From Propionibacteriaceae bacterium (GTDB taxonomy: Bacteria > Actinomycetota > Actinomycetes > Propionibacteriales > Propionibacteriaceae): DNA of 32,000 nt. The DNA is taken from NCBI GenBank assembly GCA_031256725.1, contig JAIRQE010000024.1, forward strand, positions 16,360-48,359, read 5' to 3'. A model generated the notes under the pieces. It worked only from the letters and a program-made list of their open reading frames with translations, did no database searches and was not told the DNA's origin. Below are positions 17,222 through 26,997 of the stretch, in pieces. Within the stretch, counting starts at the first letter, position 1, and every line of letters begins with the position of its first letter. Both the position numbers and the translations under genes were made by a program.

Positions 17222-18756
17222 GCCTTCCTGAACATCTTGAGCATTCGCTGGGTCACAACGAACCCACCAAAGATATTGATACTAGCCAGGAGGATTCCCG
17301 TAATCGACAGTATGGCGATTGGGACTCCCACATGTGACGTACTTAAACCAATCAGAGCTCCCACGATGATGATCCCAGATATGGCGTTCGTTACGCTCAT
17401 CAGTGGGGTATGCAAAGAGTGATTCACATTGCCGATCACGTAGTACCCAATCACCACAGAGAGCATGAAGACCATGAAATGACCCAAGAGCTTATCGGGT
17501 GAGACCCAGAACATCGCCAACAGAGCCAGCACACAGATACCGAGGACACCCCAGGTAATCCGTGGATCCCTCTTCTTCGGTTCCGCCTTAACAACCGGAG
17601 CCGCCTCAGTCTGGGCCGCAGGCGCAGCGGAGACCGAAACTGCTGGTGGTGGCCACATAATCTCACCGTTACCCACAACAGTCATGGAGCGTTGGACGAC
17701 ATCGTTCATGTCGAGTGTGAGGACACCATCCTTGTCAGGGGTGACAAGCTTCATCAGGTTAACGATATTCGTTCCATAAAGCTGTGAAGCTTGGGTTGGG
17801 AGACGACCAGCAAGGTCTGTGTACCCAATGATCTTGACACCATTACTGGTGATAACCAGCTTATCAGCCACCGATCCGGCGACGTTTCCACCAGCACCAG
17901 CAGCCATGTCCACGATCACCGAACCCGGCTTCATGGAGGCCACCATCTCTTCGGTAATCAACCGTGGGGCTGGCTTACCCGGAATGAGCGCTGTCGTGAT
18001 GACGATGTCAGAAACCTTGGCCTGCTCGGCGTACATCACCTCAGCGGCCTGGGCATAAGCCGCAGATGCTTCCTTGGCATAACCGTCAGTGGAGACCTGC
18101 TCCTCGTCGACCTTCACAGCCACGAAGGAGGCACCCATGGACTCAACCTGCTCGGCCACCTCGGGACGGATATCTGTGGCATGTACCACAGCGCCCAAGG
18201 AGTTGGCGGTACCAATGGCTGCAAGTCCAGCGACACCAGCACCCGAGATGAAGACTCGCGCCGGTGGTACCTTTCCTGCCGCAGTAACCTGCCCAGTGAA
18301 GAAGGAACCGAACTCATGTGCCGCTTCGATGACCGCACGATACCCACCGATATTGGCCATAGAACTCAACACGTCCAAAGATTGGGCCCTAGAGATTCGT
18401 GGTACTGCGTCCATCGCCAAGACTGTCAGGCCACGCTTGGCCAGATCATCCAGGAGTTCTGGGGACCTCGGCGCCGCGATCATCGCGATCAGGGTTGCCC
18501 CCTCGCTCATCGCATCAAGTTCGGCGTCTATAGGTGAATTGATCTTGCACACCACATCCGCTGCCCAGGCAACAGCTCGTCCAACAATCTCGGCTCCCTG
18601 CTCGGCATACTCAGCATCAGGATAGGAAGCCTTGGCCCCCGCTCCTTCCTCAACTACGACCTCGTAACCCAGTTTGACGAGCTGGCCGACTGTCTTCGGC
18701 GTTGCTGCAACTCGGGTTTCCGCAGGAGCGGATTCCATTGGGATACCTATCCTCAT
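17218..18756 (-). CDS. pntA: NAD(P) transhydrogenase subunit alpha (full-length, domain I plus 4-TM domain)
   Basis: The ORF extends to 18819. The ATG at 18756 ([20 protein letters not shown], the canonical N-terminus) is preceded by AAGGAG. Alanine-dehydrogenase-like dI with [11 protein letters not shown], and C-terminal TM helices. Confidence 0.9.
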   Translation of the reverse strand: MRIGIPMESAPAETRVAATPKTVGQLVKLGYEVVVEEGAGAKASYPDAEYAEQGAEIVGRAVAWAADVVCKINSPIDAELDAMSEGATLIAMIAAPRSPELLDDLAKRGLTVLAMDAVPRISRAQSLDVLSSMANIGGYRAVIEAAHEFGSFFTGQVTAAGKVPPARVFISGAGVAGLAAIGTANSLGAVVHATDIRPEVAEQVESMGASFVAVKVDEEQVSTDGYAKEASAAYAQAAEVMYAEQAKVSDIVITTALIPGKPAPRLITEEMVASMKPGSVIVDMAAGAGGNVAGSVADKLVITSNGVKIIGYTDLAGRLPTQASQLYGTNIVNLMKLVTPDKDGVLTLDMNDVVQRSMTVVGNGEIMWPPPAVSVSAAPAAQTEAAPVVKAEPKKRDPRITWGVLGICVLALLAMFWVSPDKLLGHFMVFMLSVVIGYYVIGNVNHSLHTPLMSVTNAISGIIIVGALIGLSTSHVGVPIAILSITGILLASINIFGGFVVTQRMLKMFRKA

Positions 18757-18870
18757 ATGGCTCCTTCTTACTCGGGACTCAGCTACCTTGTGAGTCCATG
18801 TCCGATTTAGTACAGACAAGCAACTGTACTGCCCTAGGAACTTTTTAGTTCTAGGACCCTCATATCTTGG

Positions 18871-20952
18871 TCACTCTATGACGCCAAGGGCACTCTTGGC
18901 CTCCGAGACTACACGGTCAGCGGTGATCCCGAATTCTTCATAGAGCTTGGAAGCCGCCGCTGAGGCTCCGAAATGGTCGATACCGATCTTCCGACCGTCG
19001 CTCCCACAGATTTCGGCCCACCCATACGTGACTCCAGCCTCCAGAGAAACCTTGACGGCTTCTGGAGGAATGACATCCATCCTATACGATTCTGGTTGAC
19101 GAGCGAACCACTCCAGGCATGGGGCCGAGACAACTCGGGTCGGTATCCCCTCCTTTTCCAAGGTCTCGCGAGCCGCCACAGCAATCTCCACCTCGGACCC
19201 TGTTGCGACGACAACAACTGCGGGGGTATCTGTACTCGAATCGATCAGTGTGTAGGCACCCTGAGCCACCTCGGATGCAGGCGCGAAACCTGTACCCTCA
19301 CTACGATCGAAGGTTGTCAAATCCTGGCGACTCAAGATGAGTGCTGTTGGATGATCCTTGATTTCCAGGATGAGTCTCCATGCTTCGGCGACCTCATTGG
19401 CATCAGCCGGACGGATCACATCGAGATTCGGGATGAGCCTCAAAGAGGCGATATGCTCCACAGGCTGATGGGTGGGGCCATCCTCCCCCACACCAATAGA
19501 GTCATGGGTCCACACGAAGATTGATGGAATCCCCGATAGGGCTGCAATCCTTGGGGGGGTTCTCATATAGTCAGAGAAGACCAGGAACGTACCACCATAG
19601 GCCCTTGTCAACCCGCTGTTCATTGCATTGAGTATCCCACCCATCGCATGTTCGCGGATACCGAAGTGGAGGGTACGTCCATTCGGATCAGGGGTCCAGT
19701 CTTGCGATCCACGGTGTGCAGGCAGGAAGGAGGGCTTCCCCTTCATAGTCGTGTTATTGGATCCAGCCAAATCTGAAGATCCACCCCAGAGTTCCGGTAC
19801 CACATCAGCTAAAGCGCTCAACACCTCTCCCGAAGCCGCGCGCGTCGACTTCTTCCCAGCAGGGAACTGAGACAAAGCAACATTGAGCCCAGAAGGCACC
19901 TTCCCAGCCAGGATTCGGTCAAGGAGTGCCTTTCCTTCCGGGTTTGCGCTAGCCCAAGCCTCAAACTTGGGGTCCCACAGGGTACGCGCAGTAGCTGCCC
20001 TCTTAGCTGCATTGGCCCTAGCGTGGGTGATCACCTCATCGGCTACATCGAAACTCTTCTCGGAATCCATACCGAGGTGGGTCTTCAGTGCAGCGACCTC
20101 CTCGGCCCCAATCTTGGCTCCGTGGATCGAATGGGATCCAGCCTTGTTCGGCAATGGCCATCCGATGACTGTGGTGACCTTAATGAAACTTGGGCGATCA
20201 GTGATTGCCTTGGCGGCTTCAATGGCCTGAAAAAGTTCTTCAACCTTCTCTTCGTAGGTGGTACCCCCATTGGTAAAGTCCACTGTTTGTACATGCCATC
20301 CATAAGCTTCATGACGTGCGACAACATCCTCGGTGAAGGCAATCACAGTGTCACCCTCAATGGAGATCCTATTGTCGTCATAGATGAGAATGAGGTTGCC
20401 TAGGTCCTGGGTTCCTGCCAAGGATGCTGCCTCTGAGGCGATCCCCTCCTGCATGTCCCCATCTCCACAAATGCAATAGACGAAATGGTCAAAGACCGAC
20501 TCCCCTGGCTTGGCGCTCGGATCGAACAGCGCCCTTTCCTTTCGGGAAGCCATCGCAAAACCGACAGCATTGGCGACACCTGCTCCGAGGGGACCTGTCG
20601 TACACTCCACTCCAGGAGTGTGACCATACTCTGGGTGTCCAGGAGTCAGAGCCCCCCAGGTACGAAATTGTTTGAGATCCTCCAGTTCGACACCATACCC
20701 GCCAAGATAAAGTTGAGTGTACTGAGTGAGCGAAGAATGCCCGATTGATAGTACGAAACGATCCCGGCCCAACCAGGTGGGATCACTCGGATCGGTATTC
20801 ATAACTTTCTGGTACAACAGGTACGCGATGGGTGCCACTGAGATCGCTGTCCCCGGATGTCCATTCCCGACTTTCTCAACTGCATCAGCCGCTAAAACTC
20901 GTGCAGTGTCGACTGCTCGTGCATCCAACTCATTCCAACTCCAGGTAGACAT
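18871..20952 (-). CDS. tkt: Transketolase
   Basis: 693 aa. GHPG thiamine-diphosphate motif region, GDGDMQEG, and THDSIGVGEDGPTHQPVEH. Confidence 0.92.
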   Translation of the reverse strand: MSTWSWNELDARAVDTARVLAADAVEKVGNGHPGTAISVAPIAYLLYQKVMNTDPSDPTWLGRDRFVLSIGHSSLTQYTQLYLGGYGVELEDLKQFRTWGALTPGHPEYGHTPGVECTTGPLGAGVANAVGFAMASRKERALFDPSAKPGESVFDHFVYCICGDGDMQEGIASEAASLAGTQDLGNLILIYDDNRISIEGDTVIAFTEDVVARHEAYGWHVQTVDFTNGGTTYEEKVEELFQAIEAAKAITDRPSFIKVTTVIGWPLPNKAGSHSIHGAKIGAEEVAALKTHLGMDSEKSFDVADEVITHARANAAKRAATARTLWDPKFEAWASANPEGKALLDRILAGKVPSGLNVALSQFPAGKKSTRAASGEVLSALADVVPELWGGSSDLAGSNNTTMKGKPSFLPAHRGSQDWTPDPNGRTLHFGIREHAMGGILNAMNSGLTRAYGGTFLVFSDYMRTPPRIAALSGIPSIFVWTHDSIGVGEDGPTHQPVEHIASLRLIPNLDVIRPADANEVAEAWRLILEIKDHPTALILSRQDLTTFDRSEGTGFAPASEVAQGAYTLIDSSTDTPAVVVVATGSEVEIAVAARETLEKEGIPTRVVSAPCLEWFARQPESYRMDVIPPEAVKVSLEAGVTYGWAEICGSDGRKIGIDHFGASAAASKLYEEFGITADRVVSEAKSALGVIE

Positions 20953-21071
20953 GACATCCCTTCAACTTCGGTTCATTGTCACTCCCCAAACGAGGAGGAT
21001 TTTCCACAAGCCAGCCTATCCGATTCACCGCAATCCAGCCCCCTTGGGTCCACCTCCGCTCCCCCCAAATC

Positions 21072-21086
21072 TTCGCGAATCGCGAA
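21072..21086. promoter_or_regulatory. Perfect 15-bp palindrome TTCGCGA-A-TCGCGAA upstream of tkt
   Basis: Read directly. It lies ~120 nt upstream of the tkt start codon. Function unknown. Confidence 0.3.
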
Positions 21087-21373
21087 AATCCTGGGCTTTC
21101 ACCGCGACGCGCCGATGTAGATGTGGAAAAGACTAGGTTTATCAAATAATGGACTGTATGCAGAAATAGGAATCAGAGGGAGAAACCCATCCTTTCCCCG
21201 AGATAACGAATCAATGCCCTCATCCGAGATATCGAGCGAGGTAGATACAAAGGCATCGAGCCACAACCCTGGCTCACGCCGTCAGACGTTCACCCAACGG
21301 GTGTTGCGTGATGGGGTACGTACCGTTGCCTTTGATAACCCCTAAACCACTCACCTCATTGCCTCTTTTCTTT

Positions 21374-21688
21374 TTAAGCTACCCGAAGTTCTTCTATAGG
21401 GTGTCGACGAGCAGCAATGATGGCTGGTACACCAGCAGCGGTCAGACTGACAGCAAGCGAAAGAACAATAACTGCCAAAGTGAACTGTCCACTAGGACAC
21501 AGATCGCCTAAAACGAGCAACAAGTATGCGATGCCTACACCGAGTGCTGCTCCAATGCTGGCAGAAATACGTCTCACCCGCCCCATCTGCGGTAACTCAC
21601 GCTCGTCTCTCGTGGCATCAACCAACTGTATTGGTAAAGTTCGCGCTTTCACTTGGTTAAAAACCCCATAATGGTGGCGGACAAGCAT
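21374..21688 (-). pseudogene. FtsX/MacB-type ABC permease C-terminal remnant (last two TM helices only)
   Basis: TRDERELPQMG resembles the ERxREIGxL loop after TM2. Two TM helices follow, then the family-typical tail PAIIAARRHPIEELRVA (compare ...AARLDPVEALR). No TM1, periplasmic domain or TM2 lies upstream. An internal ATG at 21586 could still give a 70-aa 2-TM peptide. Confidence 0.45.
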
Positions 21689-22184
21689 CAGTAGCAGCTA
21701 TAAAGTCTGGGCCATGAAAGACAAGTTCAACCGACTGGTATGGCTTTCGGCTAGGCGACTGAGCTAACCAATCCTCAACAAACTGCTGCTCACTCGGAGG
21801 CTCCGCAGAGTCGTAACCATGCTCCAATAAACACAGGTGATTCGCCACTTCAAGTGGATACAATCGATGATAGTCTTCAGCAGTTAATGGATCATTGAAA
21901 CCAACCTGCTCAGCACATCTTGCTTCGTCGGACTCATAAAGTGGCACTTGCTCTTTGGGTAAGGTAGGCCCCTCGATAGTGCCACCACTATATATGATCT
22001 CCCAACCAGCATCCTCCAAGCAATCCTGCAATTCACCCAGTTTCCCATATGTATGGGACGGTAGGGTTTGAGGAGGGCCACTTGAATTATCAGTCTGACC
22101 CTCCTCAACCAACGCACAACCAACAAGTACTAAGGCCACAGCTAGAACTCCAGCCACCCATACATTTTTACTTATTCGTCGCAT
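21657..22184 (-). CDS. Cys-rich secreted lipoprotein, hypothetical
   Basis: 175 aa. Signal peptide with a perfect lipobox (AVALVLVGC). Four further Cys, two of them in repeated xCLExxGW/Y contexts (QDCLEDAGWEI, HLCLLEHGYD). AT-rich codon usage. Confidence 0.6.
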   Translation of the reverse strand: MRRISKNVWVAGVLAVALVLVGCALVEEGQTDNSSGPPQTLPSHTYGKLGELQDCLEDAGWEIIYSGGTIEGPTLPKEQVPLYESDEARCAEQVGFNDPLTAEDYHRLYPLEVANHLCLLEHGYDSAEPPSEQQFVEDWLAQSPSRKPYQSVELVFHGPDFIAATDACPPPLWGF

Positions 22185-22639
22185 TTGATTACCTATCCTT
22201 ACGTCGCGCCTATCCGTGGGCTTGTCGTATTTTGAAAGGGGATGTTTTCTAGACCTCCCTCAATATCACCAAGATTACACCCCTCCCTCTGAAGAAAAAC
22301 AACGATGTCCATTATTCGGGCAAATCGAGATAGTTTTTATAAAATACACAACAAAATACGCTGAAGATTGCGGGAATCGAGCCATTTCCCGATGAAAGAC
22401 AATCTCAACTCAGCCATTGCGTTCCACCACCTGACGGGGGAATGCCAGATTAACGGTGGGCGGGCGTCCTGGCATTGTAAGTCGTCACTGGTTTCTAGCA
22501 GGTGTCTCACAAAAAGGTTGGTACGCCCATCCCAGTACAAAACTCAACTGCTAAATCCGCAAGAGTCGACCGATAAACGCTCGAGATTCCGAAGGGCTTT
22601 TCGAAGATATCGTAAAATCACCTCCCTGCTACTTCCTCA

Positions 22640-24736
22640 CTACGTATGGCGAAGATGTCGTACAACTGCACGGGTGAGACGGGCAGTGGTTGTACTAGAT
22701 ATGGGCGCTGGAGTCTCAGAGTTCGGGGAATACCATGTGGTCTCCAGATATTCGCGTACCTCATCCAGGGTTTGAGCGAGGTCTGGATCACAGCGCGTGG
22801 CTACCTTCTTCAAGGCAGACCTCACGGATGTACCTTCGGAAATGAGACCAACTTTGATTGCCTTGCGGCGAATGACTCGCCACGAGCGCTCAGGAGTGTA
22901 ACTGCGAACATAGGCTGTACGTACTCCAAACCCCACACCAGCAGCGATGAGTACACCCACTGCAAGTCCAAGAATCCACCCCAAACCACCAGAGGAAATT
23001 CCAGGATTCTCATTGTTGGGAGTACTCGGTTGGTTCGATGGAAGATCGCTAGGAACAATTGTCGAAACCCCATCAGGGGTGGTAGGACCATCACTGGGCT
23101 CAGGAGGGGATGTGGTTGGATCACCTGGTCCTGCTCCTGTGATGCTGGGTGTCGGCTCATAGCGTACCCACCCAAGTTCAGGGTAGAGGGCCTCTGGCCA
23201 CATGTGGGCATTCGTGTTCCTGACCTCGACCCAAGCATCAACATCACTTGGACTGACAAGGAACCCAATACTCACTCTCATAGGTATCCCCACCGACATC
23301 GCCATGACAGCCATTGCCGTTGAGAAGTGAATACAGTATCCCTGCTTATTCTGCAGAAAATCCCAGACCGGGTCACCTGTTGTCGTCCATGATGGGGACA
23401 GGGTGTACACAAATTCCGGTCCCCGAAGATAGGATTCGATGGCCGCCAACATCTCCCCTTGGGTACTCGCCGATCCAATGATTTCAACAGTGAAGTTACG
23501 AATCTCCTCCTGGTAGGGGGTATTCACCAACGGCAATGCATTAGGGCCAATGCCCCTATCAACATCAATCACAGTCAATCCGCTACGGTCCAAGACCGTT
23601 GACTGGATGGTATAGGTATCCCCACGTTGGATATCCCGAGTCGCCTGGAGGGAGTCTGTACCCAACTCGTAAGCAATCCCGAACCCAGAGGTACCCGTAA
23701 TCCCTCGTGGTCCGACTGTGGTGGGAAGGTACCTCCCCATCGGATTACGGATCTCCATATATACCTCACCATTGGGGCTCCACGGATCCTTGTCCGAGAT
23801 CATACGACCTTCGTCGCCCTCCCAGACCATCTGGTCATCATGGTAGACAGACCTCGCTCCAGGATCTGGGGTCCATACTGTACCCGAGAAGGAGGTCAAC
23901 GAGATCGCTCTCAAAGGCCCGTTGATCTTCCCTCGAACAAAGAGGATCACCTCATCCGACTCTGAGCGCAATTGATTCGACACATCAATGGGGCTGTTCA
24001 ACTGCACACCAGTGGAGTCTGAGTATTGTCCTCTCAATCTTTCAAACAGATCAGGCATTTCACCCCACCCAGGAAGAGATGGTGCTACTACGGTCGCCAC
24101 AAGCCCACAGATGACTCCCACGCTCACCACGGGTACTGACATGACTCGCAATCCTCGTGGTGTGGTCTGCATCCTTTGAGCCACAGCAACCAAGAAAAGA
24201 AAGGTCACCCCTGTCGCGATTGCCAACCCCAACCCCTGACTGGGATTACCAGCAATAAACAGTATCCAGCATCCCAAGATGGGCAATCCGGCCCACACTG
24301 GGCGCGCAGCCCCCAAAGAAAGGAAGACCACCAACAAACATACTGGCCCCAATCCGAAGACTGCCAATGGCATGAAGACCTCCGGGTTCGACACGGGACG
24401 CATGTACTGACTCAAAGCAAGGATGGAGTCCCTCACAGCCCAGGCAACATCGGTCAGTGTCGAAGGTGTGGGGAAGGTCAATGGTGTACCACGGACAACG
24501 AAACACAGGTACCAAGCCCAGACGAATATCCCCAACACAGCCGAGACGAGAACCGAGATTCGTGGAAACCTTTCGGTAAACCGAGGTATGGTACCCAGCC
24601 ATACAACAACGGTAAACAGAATCGGAAGAGCAATCATATGCCCTTGCCATAACCCCGCCACCATGAGGTTTGTGAGCCCCATACATGTGAATATGAGGGA
24701 TACACAGCTGAACAGTGCAATCAGCCCACGATTCAT
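22640..24736 (-). CDS. Transglutaminase-like membrane protein (TgpA-like: N-terminal multi-TM region, TGase core, Pro-rich linker, TM helix, DUF4129-like C-terminus)
   Basis: 698 aa. TGase core QGYCIHFSTAMAVMAMSVGIPMRVSIGF (Cys468) ... NAHMWPEALYPELGWVRYEPT (His511, Glu527). ATGA overlap with the upstream DUF58 gene. Confidence 0.85.
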   Translation of the reverse strand: MNRGLIALFSCVSLIFTCMGLTNLMVAGLWQGHMIALPILFTVVVWLGTIPRFTERFPRISVLVSAVLGIFVWAWYLCFVVRGTPLTFPTPSTLTDVAWAVRDSILALSQYMRPVSNPEVFMPLAVFGLGPVCLLVVFLSLGAARPVWAGLPILGCWILFIAGNPSQGLGLAIATGVTFLFLVAVAQRMQTTPRGLRVMSVPVVSVGVICGLVATVVAPSLPGWGEMPDLFERLRGQYSDSTGVQLNSPIDVSNQLRSESDEVILFVRGKINGPLRAISLTSFSGTVWTPDPGARSVYHDDQMVWEGDEGRMISDKDPWSPNGEVYMEIRNPMGRYLPTTVGPRGITGTSGFGIAYELGTDSLQATRDIQRGDTYTIQSTVLDRSGLTVIDVDRGIGPNALPLVNTPYQEEIRNFTVEIIGSASTQGEMLAAIESYLRGPEFVYTLSPSWTTTGDPVWDFLQNKQGYCIHFSTAMAVMAMSVGIPMRVSIGFLVSPSDVDAWVEVRNTNAHMWPEALYPELGWVRYEPTPSITGAGPGDPTTSPPEPSDGPTTPDGVSTIVPSDLPSNQPSTPNNENPGISSGGLGWILGLAVGVLIAAGVGFGVRTAYVRSYTPERSWRVIRRKAIKVGLISEGTSVRSALKKVATRCDPDLAQTLDEVREYLETTWYSPNSETPAPISSTTTARLTRAVVRHLRHT

Positions 24737-25908
24737 CGACCTCTCCTCAGTTGGGAACCTGCGAAGTTAGATAGGCGCTCGCCCGCCTCCGCTAAGGATG
24801 AGACCCCCGCCATGGACAGTACGCTCCACCCGGCTTTGTCGAGAGCCGCTCCCACCCTCTGATCATCTGACAGGAGTACAGCAAGGGCACCCCCATTACG
24901 TCGACTTCGCCCCTGGGGTGGACTCACGATAGTCATATCCTGACCATCTGTGGCCATGATGAGGAGAGAGACCCCCTCAATAGGATTTTTGGTTATGGGT
25001 CCTGCCACCTCCTCATCACTGACAATCGCCAGAAGGGTCAACAGCTCACCCAGATCGGAACGAACCATCTGAGATCCACAGGCCAGATCCACGTCAAACC
25101 CAGCCCTATCCATGTCCACCACCCATGATCCAGCCAAGGAGATCGCAAGTTCACGAAGAGCAAAGGGAGAGTTCTGCGAGACCATCACTCCCACCCAAGC
25201 GCGATCTGCCTCAGTAGGTTCCTCTGCTCGTGTCATCAATTCTCCACGGCGGGCCGAGGATCGCCAATGTACTCTGCGCAAATCATCGCCTGGGCTATAG
25301 GCCCGTACAGTGGTGTTGTCCTGATGGGGTTGAACATATCCGAGACGACCTACTGTCCCCTCGCGATCCTCAGCAACCACAAGGCTGCGAATCTCCACGA
25401 TCCTTGGCCAAGCGGTCACCTGGGAGGTAGTGGCATCCACCACCCTTGCCCACCACAGACCCAGAGCACTGAAACGGGTCAAGGATGCTGGCCCGAGAGT
25501 CCACTGACCTCTGCGCGGTGGTACAAGCTCATAGGCGAGAACAGCTCCTTGAGGTCTCATCCCCCGAGGTAGTACGTCCACAGCAGAACTCAACTCATCT
25601 GGTACCCATTCCTCCAGACCCGTGGAATCAATGCTCCGTGTTGTGAGAGCAACACGGGGTATGAGGTGTACAGAAATCTTCTCACCAGCTGAACCGGGGT
25701 TTGGCCTAGCAACTCGAACCAGCGAATCCATAGGTTTGCGCCCTTCGATGAGCAGAAACCTAAGACCATCGGTAAGGATGGCGATGAGGATCAACACTCC
25801 AGCCCCAACAGTGGGTATGGATGCGAACCCGAAACCCATGATGGTCAAAAGCAGACCTACGACACCAAGAACGATGGTCCTGGTCAGGGGGCGGATCCCG
25901 GCTGACAT
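24733..25908 (-). CDS. DUF58 domain protein (MoxR-associated)
   Basis: 391 aa. Two N-terminal TM helices and the DUF58 signature VRAYSPGDDLRRVHWRSSARRGELMTRAEE. TAATG overlap with moxR. Confidence 0.8.
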   Translation of the reverse strand: MSAGIRPLTRTIVLGVVGLLLTIMGFGFASIPTVGAGVLILIAILTDGLRFLLIEGRKPMDSLVRVARPNPGSAGEKISVHLIPRVALTTRSIDSTGLEEWVPDELSSAVDVLPRGMRPQGAVLAYELVPPRRGQWTLGPASLTRFSALGLWWARVVDATTSQVTAWPRIVEIRSLVVAEDREGTVGRLGYVQPHQDNTTVRAYSPGDDLRRVHWRSSARRGELMTRAEEPTEADRAWVGVMVSQNSPFALRELAISLAGSWVVDMDRAGFDVDLACGSQMVRSDLGELLTLLAIVSDEEVAGPITKNPIEGVSLLIMATDGQDMTIVSPPQGRSRRNGGALAVLLSDDQRVGAALDKAGWSVLSMAGVSSLAEAGERLSNFAGSQLRRGR

Positions 25909-26906
25909 TAGCGAACCGCGACCCGGGCAACAATCTGGGCAAGGGCTGCTTGTACCCCTTCCTCGGAGGTGAAACGCCCATAGGAGAGTTTGTGGCCCCA
26001 GACATGGGGTACCATCTTTTGCACATCATCAGGAATGACATACTGTCGACCTGCGAGTACTGCAGCACTCTTAGCTGCTCTCAGCAACTGGATTCCTGCT
26101 CGTGGAGATACTCCAAGTTTGGCCTCAGGCATTGAGCGTGTAGCCCGAGCAAGATCGACAATGTACCTTTTCACAGATTCAGCCGCATGAAGGGATCGTA
26201 CTGTTGACACCATCTGACTCACCTGCTCGGCTGTGACAACCGAAGTGATCTTATCCATGGGATCGCTTAACTCCTGGGAATCGAGCATCCGTACCTCATC
26301 CTCAGCACCTGGATATCCTAAGGACATACGAACCATGAAGCGGTCACGCTGGGCCTCAGGAAGGGGATAGGTGCCCTCCATCTCGTACGGATTCTGGGTC
26401 GCCACCACCATGAAAGGCTTCGGTAGTCGATAGGTTTGCCCATCAACTGTGACATGAGATTCCTGCATGGATTCGAGCAAGGCGGACTGTGTCTTTGGTG
26501 AAGCCCTGTTAATCTCATCGGCGATCACAATATTGGCGAAAATCGGCCCAGGAGTGAACTCAAAGACACCCGCTTGGGGACGGAAAACTGAGGCACCTAC
26601 GATGTCTGATGGGAGTAGATCGGGTGTGAACTGGATCCGCGCAGCATCCGAATCGATGGCAGCAGCTAGCGCCCGAGCAAGAGTCGTCTTCCCCACACCA
26701 GGGATATCCTCAATGAGAAGATGGCCTTCCGCCAACATGGCGATGACCGCCAATTCGATGGCTGGGGTTTGCCCCTTGAGTACGACCTCCACTGCACGAA
26801 CAATTGTGTATGGATCAATCGTGGGGAGCGAGGATACCCCTCGTCTCAATTCTTCAGGCCGTGGATGAAGCTCAGACACGCCATTCCTCCTCGTCATGGG
26901 GTCCAT
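25908..26906 (-). CDS. moxR: MoxR-family AAA+ ATPase
   Basis: The ORF extends to a GTG at 26927. I prefer the ATG at 26906, preceded by GGAGGGGG. Walker A DIPGVGKT, Walker B IVIADEINRASPKTQSALLE, ATQNP. Confidence 0.9.
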   Translation of the reverse strand: MDPMTRRNGVSELHPRPEELRRGVSSLPTIDPYTIVRAVEVVLKGQTPAIELAVIAMLAEGHLLIEDIPGVGKTTLARALAAAIDSDAARIQFTPDLLPSDIVGASVFRPQAGVFEFTPGPIFANIVIADEINRASPKTQSALLESMQESHVTVDGQTYRLPKPFMVVATQNPYEMEGTYPLPEAQRDRFMVRMSLGYPGAEDEVRMLDSQELSDPMDKITSVVTAEQVSQMVSTVRSLHAAESVKRYIVDLARATRSMPEAKLGVSPRAGIQLLRAAKSAAVLAGRQYVIPDDVQKMVPHVWGHKLSYGRFTSEEGVQAALAQIVARVAVR

Positions 26907-26997
26907 CAGATCCCCCTCCACAAACACACGCTATCCCTAGCATAGCCGGTAGGGGCCATGGCTCCATACGGGCTGGGTGTAGAATGAACCAAGTTCT

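Noticed and set aside
22337-22775. ORFs 22368..22775 (+, 135 aa) and 22337..22540 (-, 67 aa) in the spacer upstream of the lipoprotein islet.
   Set aside because: They overlap each other and the 3' end of the transglutaminase gene. Their translations are Arg/Ser/Cys-rich with no motifs and no RBS. They more likely reflect decayed non-coding islet DNA.
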